64,000 nucleotides of DNA from the NCBI GenBank assembly GCA_030615175.1, contig JAUWZX010000001.1, positions 282,029 through 346,028 of the forward strand. Reading direction: 5' to 3'. Under the pieces are notes generated by a model. The model searched no databases. It was not told the origin of the DNA and saw only the letters and a list, made by a program, of their open reading frames with translations. Source of the stretch: Candidatus Parvarchaeota archaeon. GTDB taxonomy: Archaea; Nanobdellota; Nanobdellia; WJKC01. This document shows positions 39,164 through 47,404 of this stretch, one piece after another (the stretch's first letter is position 1; each line of letters opens with the position of its first letter). The translations under genes and the position numbers were made by a program.

Positions 39164-40066
39164 TTATTCAAACTTAAGGTTTATGTAAAAGTAAGTAATA
39201 TTTTCTGTTCTTTCAATACGGTCCCTTGACACTCTTAAAATCTTCCTGCCCTCGCCAGTTCTGCATCCACTGGTGCATTGAAGTATTGTCTTAGTCTCCC
39301 TGCCTTCAGCGTCAATTAATCCTCTGTAAACAAGCCTTAATTCAATATGCTGAGTCCTGCTTACTGGAGTGCTTTTCCCAATTATTATTCCTGCAGGGTC
39401 AGTGCCTAGTACTCCAAGAGTTTCGACTTCAGGACCTGTCAGTATTACTTCAGTCCCCTCAGAGTCAAGCCATGACAGGGTGTAATCATTAACTCCCATA
39501 GTTAATGTTTGCCCTTCAGTAATGCATTCACTTGCCTCTGCTTCTTGTCCTTCATAAATGCATGCAACATCATAAGTGCCTGATGGACTTATATTATAAG
39601 TAGTGACATTGTAAACAGTAGTGTTCAGGGTGACATTGCCAAAGTGAATGTCAGTTCCAACTACATAATTAGTTGGCGTGTAAGTAGTGGTTGTATTAGT
39701 CTCTGTTGTGTTCACATCAATTAATTCACTTTCAGATGGGAGTTCAGTGTAACTGATTGGCACGTAAGTGTAAGAAGTTATTATTGGGATTATTGTTGTA
39801 GTCTCAATAGAGACTGCATTAATGCTTGGCTTAATAGCTACTACTGCGTCACTAATATCTAACTGCAGTTGTGATGGACTGCCTGACTGCTGGGCGTTGT
39901 CAATCCCATTCTTAATTGTTTCAAGCATTTCAGTTAAAGCATCAATCTTTATTTTATCAGTTGTTTTCTGAACTAATGGTTGACCCCAAATATAAGTTGC
40001 TGCAACTATTGAGAGTATTATGCCTGATAGTAGTACAGTGCTGATTATTGCGGACTGCGCTTTCAT
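39164..40066 (-). CDS. Pilin-like protein with class III signal peptide
   Basis: MKAQSAIISTVLLSGIILSIV; Thr-rich extracellular domain. Confidence 0.75.
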   Translation of the reverse strand: MKAQSAIISTVLLSGIILSIVAATYIWGQPLVQKTTDKIKIDALTEMLETIKNGIDNAQQSGSPSQLQLDISDAVVAIKPSINAVSIETTTIIPIITSYTYVPISYTELPSESELIDVNTTETNTTTTYTPTNYVVGTDIHFGNVTLNTTVYNVTTYNISPSGTYDVACIYEGQEAEASECITEGQTLTMGVNDYTLSWLDSEGTEVILTGPEVETLGVLGTDPAGIIIGKSTPVSRTQHIELRLVYRGLIDAEGRETKTILQCTSGCRTGEGRKILRVSRDRIERTENITYFYINLKFE

Positions 40067-40099
40067 TTGATTAGTAATAAATGATTTTGAAACTTATAA

Positions 40100-40555
40100 T
40101 TATTGTGCTATGCAGTCACTTGTCTGTTCTGCTCCTCCTGGCATAGTTATCTTCATGCCATAAGTCACATTCTCTGAAAAAACATCGATATCTGTATAAT
40201 TAAAAGTTCTTATCTGGTTTTGGGATAAGATAGCATCTAAAGTGCTTGTCGCTGTTTTTAATACCTTATCCTGAGTATCAGTAATTGTTAATGCCGTTGT
40301 TCCTATATCAATATTATTTGTTCCAGTGTTTTGTACTGTAATATTAACAACCTCTTGAGTGAGATCGCAGATTACGCTGATAATGTTTAAACTAGTCGTG
40401 CTAGTAAGGGTGGTCTCGCTTACCTGTGTTCCTATTTGTCCTTGTATCCTGCTTTGAATAGTGGTCATCCAGAAGAATGCTGCTCCTCCTGCAGCGACTG
40501 TCATCATTAATAATAGTACTACTGCAATGACTGGTGTTATTGCTTTCCTGTTCAT
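40100..40555 (-). CDS. Archaeal type IV major pilin, copy 2
   Basis: MNRKA-ITPVIAVVLLLMMTVAA archaeal pilin N-terminus. Confidence 0.9.
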   Translation of the reverse strand: MNRKAITPVIAVVLLLMMTVAAGGAAFFWMTTIQSRIQGQIGTQVSETTLTSTTSLNIISVICDLTQEVVNITVQNTGTNNIDIGTTALTITDTQDKVLKTATSTLDAILSQNQIRTFNYTDIDVFSENVTYGMKITMPGGAEQTSDCIAQ

Positions 40556-41045
40556 TAATCTTTTAATAAATTGTTCAGAACTTATATACTTTATTACTTG
40601 CTCTTGCAGACGCCTGTCTGTTCTGCTCCTCCTGGCAGGGTTATCTTGATTCCGTAAGTCGTGTTTGGCAGGAATGAAGTTGTTATGAATTGAATTGTGG
40701 TTATTCCTTCTTGAGAAAGGATATCACTCATTGTTGAAGTATTGGTTGCAACAACTTTTCCTTCAGTGTCAGTAACTGTTATTGCCGTTGTTCCAGAATC
40801 AATTAGTAATGAACCAACATTTTGTATTGTTACATTAACCCTGTTAATTGTGTGATTTGCGCATTCAACACTTATTATCTGCACCTGCCTGTTCTGTGAT
40901 GCTGATTCACTTGCCTGTGTTCCTATTTGTCCTTGTATCCTGCTTTGAATAGTGGTCATCCAGAAGAATGCTGCTCCTGCTGCAGCGACTGTCATCATTA
41001 ATAATAGTACTACTGCAATGACTGGTGTTATTGCTTTCCTGTTCA
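40423..41045. repeat. 132-bp near-identical 5' regions of the two pilins (40423..40554, 40914..41045; 1 mismatch)
   Basis: Direct sequence comparison; a further 23-bp identical 3' block at 40121..40143 and 40615..40637. Confidence 0.9.
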
Positions 41046-41046
41046 C
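40594..41046 (-). CDS. Archaeal type IV major pilin, copy 1
   Basis: Same N-terminus as 40100..40555; GTG start overlapping the upstream stop. Confidence 0.9.
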   Translation of the reverse strand: MNRKAITPVIAVVLLLMMTVAAAGAAFFWMTTIQSRIQGQIGTQASESASQNRQVQIISVECANHTINRVNVTIQNVGSLLIDSGTTAITVTDTEGKVVATNTSTMSDILSQEGITTIQFITTSFLPNTTYGIKITLPGGAEQTGVCKSK

Positions 41047-41555
41047 TTACTTTCACCTTCTGGCGGTTTTGGCAGTGGCGTTGGTGCAGGCACCGCCCTA
41101 GGCTTTGATTCTAATGCTCTTCCAAGCATTTCCCTTCTGCGACTCCTGAATAAGTATTCATTAAGTTTCTTAAACCCTTCAAGTATTTGCGCGTTTTGAG
41201 CGTTTATGCTTTTTAATTCATTAGTTACTGGTCCTAAGTCAATTTTTAGTTCTGGTTTTGCTTCAGGTCCCATCTCAACTTCTGAAGCCCTTTTTAGTAA
41301 TTGAACCATTTCAGTGACTCCTTCTATTAATTCAGCATTCTTTATTAATAATTCAGTGATTTTTGCCTGCAAGTTAATATTAACTATTACTAACTTGCTT
41401 ACTTGCTCGTTGAGTTTTTCAATATTATCCCCTAATTTCTCTACAGGTACTTGCGCTACCTTTCTTTTCTTTAATTCCTCTACTTCCCGTTCAAGCCTCT
41501 TGATTGGACTTACAGGAACTAATTCATATTCTGCTTCAGGAGCCTTTCTAGGCAT
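41043..41555 (-). CDS. Coiled-coil protein with Pro-rich C-terminus, first gene of the pilus operon
   Basis: YELVPVSPIKRLEREVEELK heptads; PAPTPLPKPP. Confidence 0.7.
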   Translation of the reverse strand: MPRKAPEAEYELVPVSPIKRLEREVEELKKRKVAQVPVEKLGDNIEKLNEQVSKLVIVNINLQAKITELLIKNAELIEGVTEMVQLLKRASEVEMGPEAKPELKIDLGPVTNELKSINAQNAQILEGFKKLNEYLFRSRRREMLGRALESKPRAVPAPTPLPKPPEGESK

Positions 41556-41666
41556 ATATTTTTTTTAATCACTTAGGAATTATAAAGGTTATTCTTCTCA
41601 ATGAGCAATCCTCCTTTAAGAAAATCACTTGTTTTAGGATTTTTAGTATATTATTCTTTTATTTAC

Positions 41667-43157
41667 TTACTTCTTTCTTTGTTTTAAAATCATGTCATCA
41701 ATTCTTAGTATCATCTTACTTGCCTCGTAAGCAGTTTTAATTACCTGTTTTTTCAGTTCTAACGGTTCAATTATTCCTTGATTTAATGCATTAACTGGTT
41801 TGTCGCCAGCGCCCCAGTAATTCCCTGACTCATGTAATTTTATTAATTTAGGCATTAAATCCAGCACTTCGCCGCCACTATTAGTGATTAATGCTTTAGG
41901 GATTACTTCAAGCGCTTCTGCAAATGCTTTAACAGCTAATTGCTCCCTGCCACTGATTTTGTCAGCGTATTCAAGCAGTTTCTTCCTCTGCATTAACTCG
42001 CATGCTCCTGCACCTGGTAATACCTTGTCATCCTTCATTACTGTTCTTAAGTTGCCTAACGCGTCATCAACCGCTCTTTTAACTTCGTCAAGTAATTGTT
42101 CCTGAGCACCCCTTAGTAGTATTGTTACTGCGCGTGGATTCGTGCAGTTATATATTATTGTCATCTCCTCATCCCCTACTCTTTTTGTTATCATGCTCGC
42201 ATTACTCACATCACTCTTTTTTAAATCCTTAAGATTGGTTGTTATATTCACGCCCAGGGCTTTTGATAATAATTCCATGTCAGTCTTCCTCACCCTGCGG
42301 ATAGCTGTTATTCCATTATTTGCAAGTAATTGCTGGGCTTCCTCATCAATTCCTTTCTGGCAGATAACCATATTCACTTTGACTTTAATTATTTCTTTAA
42401 TCATTAATTTCAGAATTTCCTGCTCCTTATCCTTAAATGACTTTAATTGTTCAGGAATTTTTATTTCAATTTCCGATTCTGTTTCAAGAGTCTTGACTTC
42501 AATAGGCGCGTCAGTAAGTATTATCCTAGCATTATCTATTTTTTTGCTCATTTCACTGAATACTGGCTCCTTGTCTATTAGTATTCCATTAATCAGGCGG
42601 CTATTACTTAATGATTGGCCTGTTTTTTTCTCAATCTTTATATTGTCAGGGTTTCCTGTTTTCCTGAATGCATTTATTATAATGCCTGCCAGTAATCCCT
42701 TTACTTTCTCAACGTTCTTGCCTGTAAGCGCTGTTTGTATAATTTTCTTTAATTCTTTTTCTTCACTAATATTAATCTTTACTGCCTCTTCTTCAAGCAC
42801 TTTTAATGCATAATCACTTGCTAATTCATAACCCTTTATTATTACTGTTGGATGTAATCCTTTATTTTTTAATTTTAATGCATTCTTTAGCAATTCTCCT
42901 GTAATAACTACCGCAGTTGTTGTGCCATCACCAACTTCCTCTTCCAATGCTTTTGCTGTTTCCGCTATCATCTTTGCTGCTGGATGTTTTAATTCAACTT
43001 CTTTAAGCACTGTTGCACCGTCATTAGTTACCACTATGTCCCCCACTGCATCAATTAACATCTTATCCATTCCTTTAGGACCAAGAGTAGTTTTTAACAT
43101 GTCAGCAACTGCTTTGGCAATCATTACATTATCCGCTAAAGCATTGAATTTATCCAT
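41667..43157 (-). CDS. ths: Thermosome (group II chaperonin) subunit, short form
   Basis: TTLGPKGMDKML; TNDGATVL; GDGTTT; ILRIDD. Confidence 0.93.
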   Translation of the reverse strand: MDKFNALADNVMIAKAVADMLKTTLGPKGMDKMLIDAVGDIVVTNDGATVLKEVELKHPAAKMIAETAKALEEEVGDGTTTAVVITGELLKNALKLKNKGLHPTVIIKGYELASDYALKVLEEEAVKINISEEKELKKIIQTALTGKNVEKVKGLLAGIIINAFRKTGNPDNIKIEKKTGQSLSNSRLINGILIDKEPVFSEMSKKIDNARIILTDAPIEVKTLETESEIEIKIPEQLKSFKDKEQEILKLMIKEIIKVKVNMVICQKGIDEEAQQLLANNGITAIRRVRKTDMELLSKALGVNITTNLKDLKKSDVSNASMITKRVGDEEMTIIYNCTNPRAVTILLRGAQEQLLDEVKRAVDDALGNLRTVMKDDKVLPGAGACELMQRKKLLEYADKISGREQLAVKAFAEALEVIPKALITNSGGEVLDLMPKLIKLHESGNYWGAGDKPVNALNQGIIEPLELKKQVIKTAYEASKMILRIDDMILKQRKK

Positions 43158-43253
43158 TAATTAATGAATTAATTAGGATTTATTATTTAAAGTTTTCACT
43201 ATTAACAAACTTTTTCTTTTAGAAAGAAAAACTTTGATGAAAAAGAAACTATT

Positions 43254-44012
43254 TCACTTCATCTTAAGTAAGTAGAACATATGGTCTTTCTTGAATGGTT
43301 CTAGTCTACGCTTATCAATTATGTGGAATTCATCTCTTAATTTCCTCTCAACTTCCTTAAATACTATTACTGGCTTCTTAGTGACATCAATGCTTCGAGC
43401 CTTGACTGCAATCATTGCATAACCGCCATGCTTTATGAACGCCTTGCAATTCTTTATTAATATTTCTGCCTGATTTTTCTGAGCAACGTCTTGATAAACT
43501 AAGTCAACAGGTTCAAGTAATCCTTTATAATTTTTAGGGTGAAAAGCACTCTCAAGAATGGGTATTATGTTATTCCTGTCCTTTGCTACGAAGATTAAGT
43601 CCATTATTGCTCTGGGGCTGAATTCAACAGCAAATACTCGCCCGTTAAATGCTATGTCAGCCACATGGCTTACTGTTGTGCCATTAGCAGCGCCTAAGTA
43701 AAGAACTACTGAATCTTCATTTATTGGTACTTTGGGCAGTCCTTTCATTATAGCTACTGATAACTTACTCCTCCTCGGATCCCATTCCCTGAACTCACTT
43801 CTTCCTTTCTTTAGTATTCTTTCATCATAAACTCTTGTGCCTGGCGCTGCGCTCTTAGTATACAAATTCCTTCCTTTCCTGAATATCCCTTTACTTATCT
43901 CGCGCAAGAATTTGTCTTTGCCCCTCGGAAACTTTCTGTTTTCGCTGGCACGGGACCGTGTTCCACTGCGCCCTGAAAATCGCGGATTTTCACGGGTTTT
44001 CAAAGTAATCAC
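43254..44012 (-). CDS. flpA: Fibrillarin (C/D sRNP 2'-O-methyltransferase); N-terminus carries a candidate 84-nt intron
   Basis: REWDPRRSKL; VLYLGAANGTTVSHVAD; YQDVAQ; KARSID. Confidence 0.95.
   Translation of the reverse strand: MITLKTRENPRFSGRSGTRSRASENRKFPRGKDKFLREISKGIFRKGRNLYTKSAAPGTRVYDERILKKGRSEFREWDPRRSKLSVAIMKGLPKVPINEDSVVLYLGAANGTTVSHVADIAFNGRVFAVEFSPRAIMDLIFVAKDRNNIIPILESAFHPKNYKGLLEPVDLVYQDVAQKNQAEILIKNCKAFIKHGGYAMIAVKARSIDVTKKPVIVFKEVERKLRDEFHIIDKRRLEPFKKDHMFYLLKMK
43915..43998 (-). other. Candidate 84-nt BHB-like mRNA intron or structured insertion in the nop5/fibrillarin overlap
   Basis: UUUG-AA^A-ACCC ... GGGG-CAAA-GA^C boundaries; internal hairpins; GC-rich; length divisible by 3. 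Confidence 0.55.
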
Positions 44013-44817
44013 TCCTCACTATTATGCTAATCTTATTTGACAACTTCCTTGCCGCCTTGCCCCTGTCCTTCTTCTTGGCTTTCTGAATTGATGAGTGCTG
44101 TATTATGATGCCATGCTTTGGAGGCTTGGCTCCAGTCCTTAAGTGTCTGAATAATGCTTTTTCAGCTCCTAATACTTGTATGGTGCTTGATGGCATTAAT
44201 GCCAGTCTTTTAAAGCTGCCAGCGATTGTTATGAGCCTGGCTGCAAGCATTGGGCCAGCAAGTTCTGATAGTTTTGGAGCTATTTTCTTCATTTTCATAG
44301 TAACATAGTCTTCTAGTTTTTTTCTTAATTCAATCAAGTCGCCTAACTCGTCAGCAAATTCCTCTATCATTTCAAATTCTTCTTTGCCATACTCGTAGCC
44401 AATGCTTTTTGAAGTAATTCTTAATTTCTTGCTTACTTCTTTTCTTTCAGGATCTTCAAGCAGTCTGGCCAATTGTTTAGCATCCCTTACCTTTCTCACT
44501 GCTTCAGGATAATATAAAGTGTATAATTCTCTTAAACGCTCGTATAAAATATTAATGTTCTTGTCAATCTCTTCAATTGCATTCGCTGCCTGTATTACTG
44601 GGATTTCAGGTTCAAAACTTTGTTTTAATTTATGGCTTACTAATTTAATTGCGAACTCATTCAAGTATTCTGTATATTCTTTTTCATTATTGACTAATCC
44701 ACTCCTTACTGCCTTGCTTGGTTGATTAATGACTTTTCTTGGCTGCTCGCCTTTAATGTAATTAATCACTGCTTTTTCCACATCTTTATTAAACGTTTTT
44801 ATCACATTTGCTTCCAT
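43990..44817 (-). CDS. nop5: Nop5/Nop56 C/D sRNP core protein (short form)
   Basis: YYPE; PSSTIQVLGAEKALFRHL; PPKHGII; RGKAAR; RSDYF. Confidence 0.94.
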   Translation of the reverse strand: MEANVIKTFNKDVEKAVINYIKGEQPRKVINQPSKAVRSGLVNNEKEYTEYLNEFAIKLVSHKLKQSFEPEIPVIQAANAIEEIDKNINILYERLRELYTLYYPEAVRKVRDAKQLARLLEDPERKEVSKKLRITSKSIGYEYGKEEFEMIEEFADELGDLIELRKKLEDYVTMKMKKIAPKLSELAGPMLAARLITIAGSFKRLALMPSSTIQVLGAEKALFRHLRTGAKPPKHGIIIQHSSIQKAKKKDRGKAARKLSNKISIIVRSDYFENP

Positions 44818-44901
44818 GACTTATTATTTAATTTTAAACCCTTTAAAAAACTTAGTTTTTTTAGAAATCTTTATAAAACCTTTTCATTTCCTCATTTCCT
44901 T

Positions 44902-45159
44902 ATGAAGGTTAATTTTATTCAGCGGAATAGGGGTTCATGGGTTTTAGAGGCTGAAGGCGTTGGTCACACTTTGTTTAATGTTCTTAAGCGTAAGTTGCAG
45001 GATGACAAGACTGTTAAGTTTGCTGGTTACTCCCAGCCTCATCCGTTAATTGATAAGTTCATCTTAACAGTTAGGAGCAGTAATGTTAAGTTATCAGTTA
45101 GCAAGGCTTTAAAGAGTTTAAAAACTGAAATCACTGCGCTTGATAAGGAAGTAAAATAA
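44902..45159 (+). CDS. rpoL: RNA polymerase subunit L (Rpo11)
   Basis: EGVGHTLFNVL; FAGYSQPHPL; start moved to the ATG at 44902. Confidence 0.88.
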   Translation: MKVNFIQRNRGSWVLEAEGVGHTLFNVLKRKLQDDKTVKFAGYSQPHPLIDKFILTVRSSNVKLSVSKALKSLKTEITALDKEVK

Positions 45160-45378
45160 TATGGCTTTAGTTGAAAGCATTGAAGATTTTCAAGAATTTT
45201 ACTTAGGGTGGTACATATTTCCTTCTGGAATTACTCATCAGGAAACGATTTAATAAAGCTGTTGAGAGAATTACTAAAGACAAGTTTCCTGTTTTGTCAT
45301 TATTCATTGAAGTAATCGATGGTTAACTCTATTCTTTTTCAATTGATTTATAAATGTTTTCATCATTCTCTTTACTTA

Positions 45379-45960
45379 ATGATTAAGAGAGAGTTGCGCA
45401 TTCTCGGAGTTGATGACGGTCCTTTCGAAAAGTTCAGCAATAAAAGGAAAGTCTTAGTGGTATGCACTGTTTACAGGGGCAAGAGCAGTATTGACGGTTT
45501 ATTATCCTTTCACGTGCGCAAGGATGGTTTTGACGCGACAGCGAAGTTAATCAAGGCTATTAATACATCTAAGCATAAAGCTCAGTTAAGCGTAGTGATG
45601 ATTGACGGCGTGGCGCTCGGCGGATTCAACATCATTGACTTAGAGCGGGTTTACGAAGAGACAGGGCTGCCAGTGATAGCTGTTGTTAGGCGCAAACCAA
45701 ACTTAAAATTAATAAAGAAGGCGCTTAACAATCTTTCAAGAATTAAAAAAAGATGGTCCTTAATCGAGAAACTCCCTCCTGTTTCTATGATGGAATTGCC
45801 TGACGGCAGGATTTACTTCCAGTACATAGGATTGCCTTTGGATAAGACTAAGATGATTATTAAATTATCAGTTCTTAGAGGCAGGATTCCTGAACCAATA
45901 AGGGTTGCTCACTTAATCGCTTCAGGCATAGTGAGTGGGGAATCAAGGGGCAGGGCTTAA
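45379..45960 (+). CDS. DUF99 / endonuclease V-like family protein
   Basis: RILGVDDGPF; DGFDAT; IDGVALGGFNIID; IPEPIRVAHLIASG. Confidence 0.88.
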   Translation: MIKRELRILGVDDGPFEKFSNKRKVLVVCTVYRGKSSIDGLLSFHVRKDGFDATAKLIKAINTSKHKAQLSVVMIDGVALGGFNIIDLERVYEETGLPVIAVVRRKPNLKLIKKALNNLSRIKKRWSLIEKLPPVSMMELPDGRIYFQYIGLPLDKTKMIIKLSVLRGRIPEPIRVAHLIASGIVSGESRGRA

Positions 45961-46001
45961 AGCGATAAGTTTAAAAAATTACTTATTCATTCAATAAGAA
46001 C

Positions 46002-46556
46002 ATGGTTAAAGCTTTGCGTAAAGTAAGGAAGTTCTTTAAGTGGTTATGGCATGGCAAGAGCATTAGCTCTTATATCGCGTTCATCGTTGTTGCTTACTTT
46101 TTATTAAAGTTCGTGGCTTTTCCTTTATTCCTGCTAACTTTCGGGTTAAATGATGTTGTTGCAGTGCTTTCAGGGTCAATGATTCATAATGCAGGAACTA
46201 TTGAATTAACTTTTAATGAATGGCTTGAGTTTTATGACTTTAACGAGTCTGATTATCATTCATGGCCTTTTAGTAATGGATTAAATATTGGTGACGTGAT
46301 AACTGTTCACTCAGGGGAACTCAATGTTGGGGACGTGGTTGTTTACTATTATGGCAAGAACATGATTATTCATAGGGTGGTTAATAAGACCGTGATTGAT
46401 GGAGAGTCTTATTTAACAACTAAAGGTGATGCTAATCCTAAAAGCCTTGCCTTTGAAGTTAACATACCTGTTGAGCGTATTGTTGGGAAAGCTGGTTTAA
46501 GTGTTCCGTTGCTTGGCTGGCCAAGGGTTTTAATGTATTACTTGATTGGTTTTTAA
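46002..46556 (+). CDS. Signal peptidase I (S26B/Sec11-type)
   Basis: TM helix then VLSGSM; GDVVV; IIHRV; TKGDAN. Confidence 0.88.
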   Translation: MVKALRKVRKFFKWLWHGKSISSYIAFIVVAYFLLKFVAFPLFLLTFGLNDVVAVLSGSMIHNAGTIELTFNEWLEFYDFNESDYHSWPFSNGLNIGDVITVHSGELNVGDVVVYYYGKNMIIHRVVNKTVIDGESYLTTKGDANPKSLAFEVNIPVERIVGKAGLSVPLLGWPRVLMYYLIGF

Positions 46557-46610
46557 TCTATAATTTTTAATCGATACTTTTTTAAAGTCTTATAATATAT
46601 TTTCCTTTTC

Positions 46611-46913
46611 ATGTTTTGCAAGAAGTGCGGTTCTATTCTGGTTCCTGATGGCAGGCATTTTAAGTGCTCTAAGTGCGGCAAGCGGAGCATGGAAATTAAT
46701 ATTAAATTGTCAGATAATGTGAACGTGAGTGTTAAGGAAGTTGCCCTGGTTAAGCAGGAAGTTGAGATTCTTCCTAAGACTAAGGCTCATTGCGTGAAGT
46801 GTAATAATGGCAAGGCTTATTATTACATGATGCAGACCCGCGGCCTTGATGAGTCACCAACCATTTTCTACACCTGCACTAAGTGCAGTCACAAGTGGCG
46901 CGAGAGTGATTAA
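46611..46913 (+). CDS. tfs: Transcription factor S (TFS/RpoM-like)
   Basis: FCKKCGSIL; QTRGLDES; CTKCSHKWRE. Confidence 0.93.
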   Translation: MFCKKCGSILVPDGRHFKCSKCGKRSMEINIKLSDNVNVSVKEVALVKQEVEILPKTKAHCVKCNNGKAYYYMMQTRGLDESPTIFYTCTKCSHKWRESD

Positions 46914-46957
46914 CTAATTCTTTAGTTAACTACTTCTTTAGTTAACTACTTCTTTAG
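46910..46957. repeat. 3 x 16-bp tandem repeat TTAACTACTTCTTTAG
   Basis: Copies at 46910, 46926 and 46942; first copy has one mismatch. Confidence 0.85.
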
Positions 46958-46998
46958 TATAATAATAATTTTAAGTTAATTAATTCTAATTTCATTTC

Positions 46999-47346
46999 AT
47001 GCCTGAAGAAGTGGAAAAGCAAGTTACTGAACGCAGGAAGCGGAACACTGCTTTTGAGCGTAAAATTAAGGATATTTCAAAGGATGATGTTAGAGTTGCT
47101 GTTATAGGCACTATTTTGTCAATTGATAAGCAATCCTTTGTCTTTGATATTGAAGATCCTTCAGGTCAGTTAACTGTTCTTGCACCTAATGAAGAGTCAT
47201 TAAAGAACCTGAGCACTGGAGGCGTTGTAAGGGTTATTGGTATTGTCCTGCCTTTTGATGAGGGTTTTGAGTTAAGAGCTGAGCTTATTCAGGATTTTAA
47301 GGAATTAAGCCGTGAGTTATTCCCGATACTGCATGAGTTAATTTGA
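46999..47346 (+). CDS. Small OB-fold protein, RPA14-like
   Basis: RVAVIGTI; IEDPSG; VRVIG; LRAELIQDF. Confidence 0.75.
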   Translation: MPEEVEKQVTERRKRNTAFERKIKDISKDDVRVAVIGTILSIDKQSFVFDIEDPSGQLTVLAPNEESLKNLSTGGVVRVIGIVLPFDEGFELRAELIQDFKELSRELFPILHELI

Positions 47347-47404
47347 ATAATATGTTTTCTACTATACTAAAATTTATTAATAAAGCAGTTTATTATCTTA
47401 TTTC

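Noticed and set aside
37147-41046. Archaellum operon
   Set aside because: No flaH/flaF/flaG recognised; two separate platform genes and short pilins fit an adhesive type IV pilus
43230-43250. C/D box sRNA (TGATGA) next to fibrillarin
   Set aside because: No properly spaced CTGA D box or terminal stem found
43915-44012. Fibrillarin N-terminal Arg/Gly-rich stretch as a eukaryote-like GAR domain
   Set aside because: No RGG repeats; better explained as translation of a structured nucleotide insertion
44722-44901. Long N-terminal extension of RpoL in the ORF track (likewise 45319 for DUF99 and 62380 for module gene A')
   Set aside because: The extensions overlap neighbouring genes or promoter-like AT tracts; downstream ATGs give family-typical starts
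46910-46957. Possible CRISPR array
   Set aside because: Repeats are 16 bp, contiguous and spacer-free; no cas genes in the window
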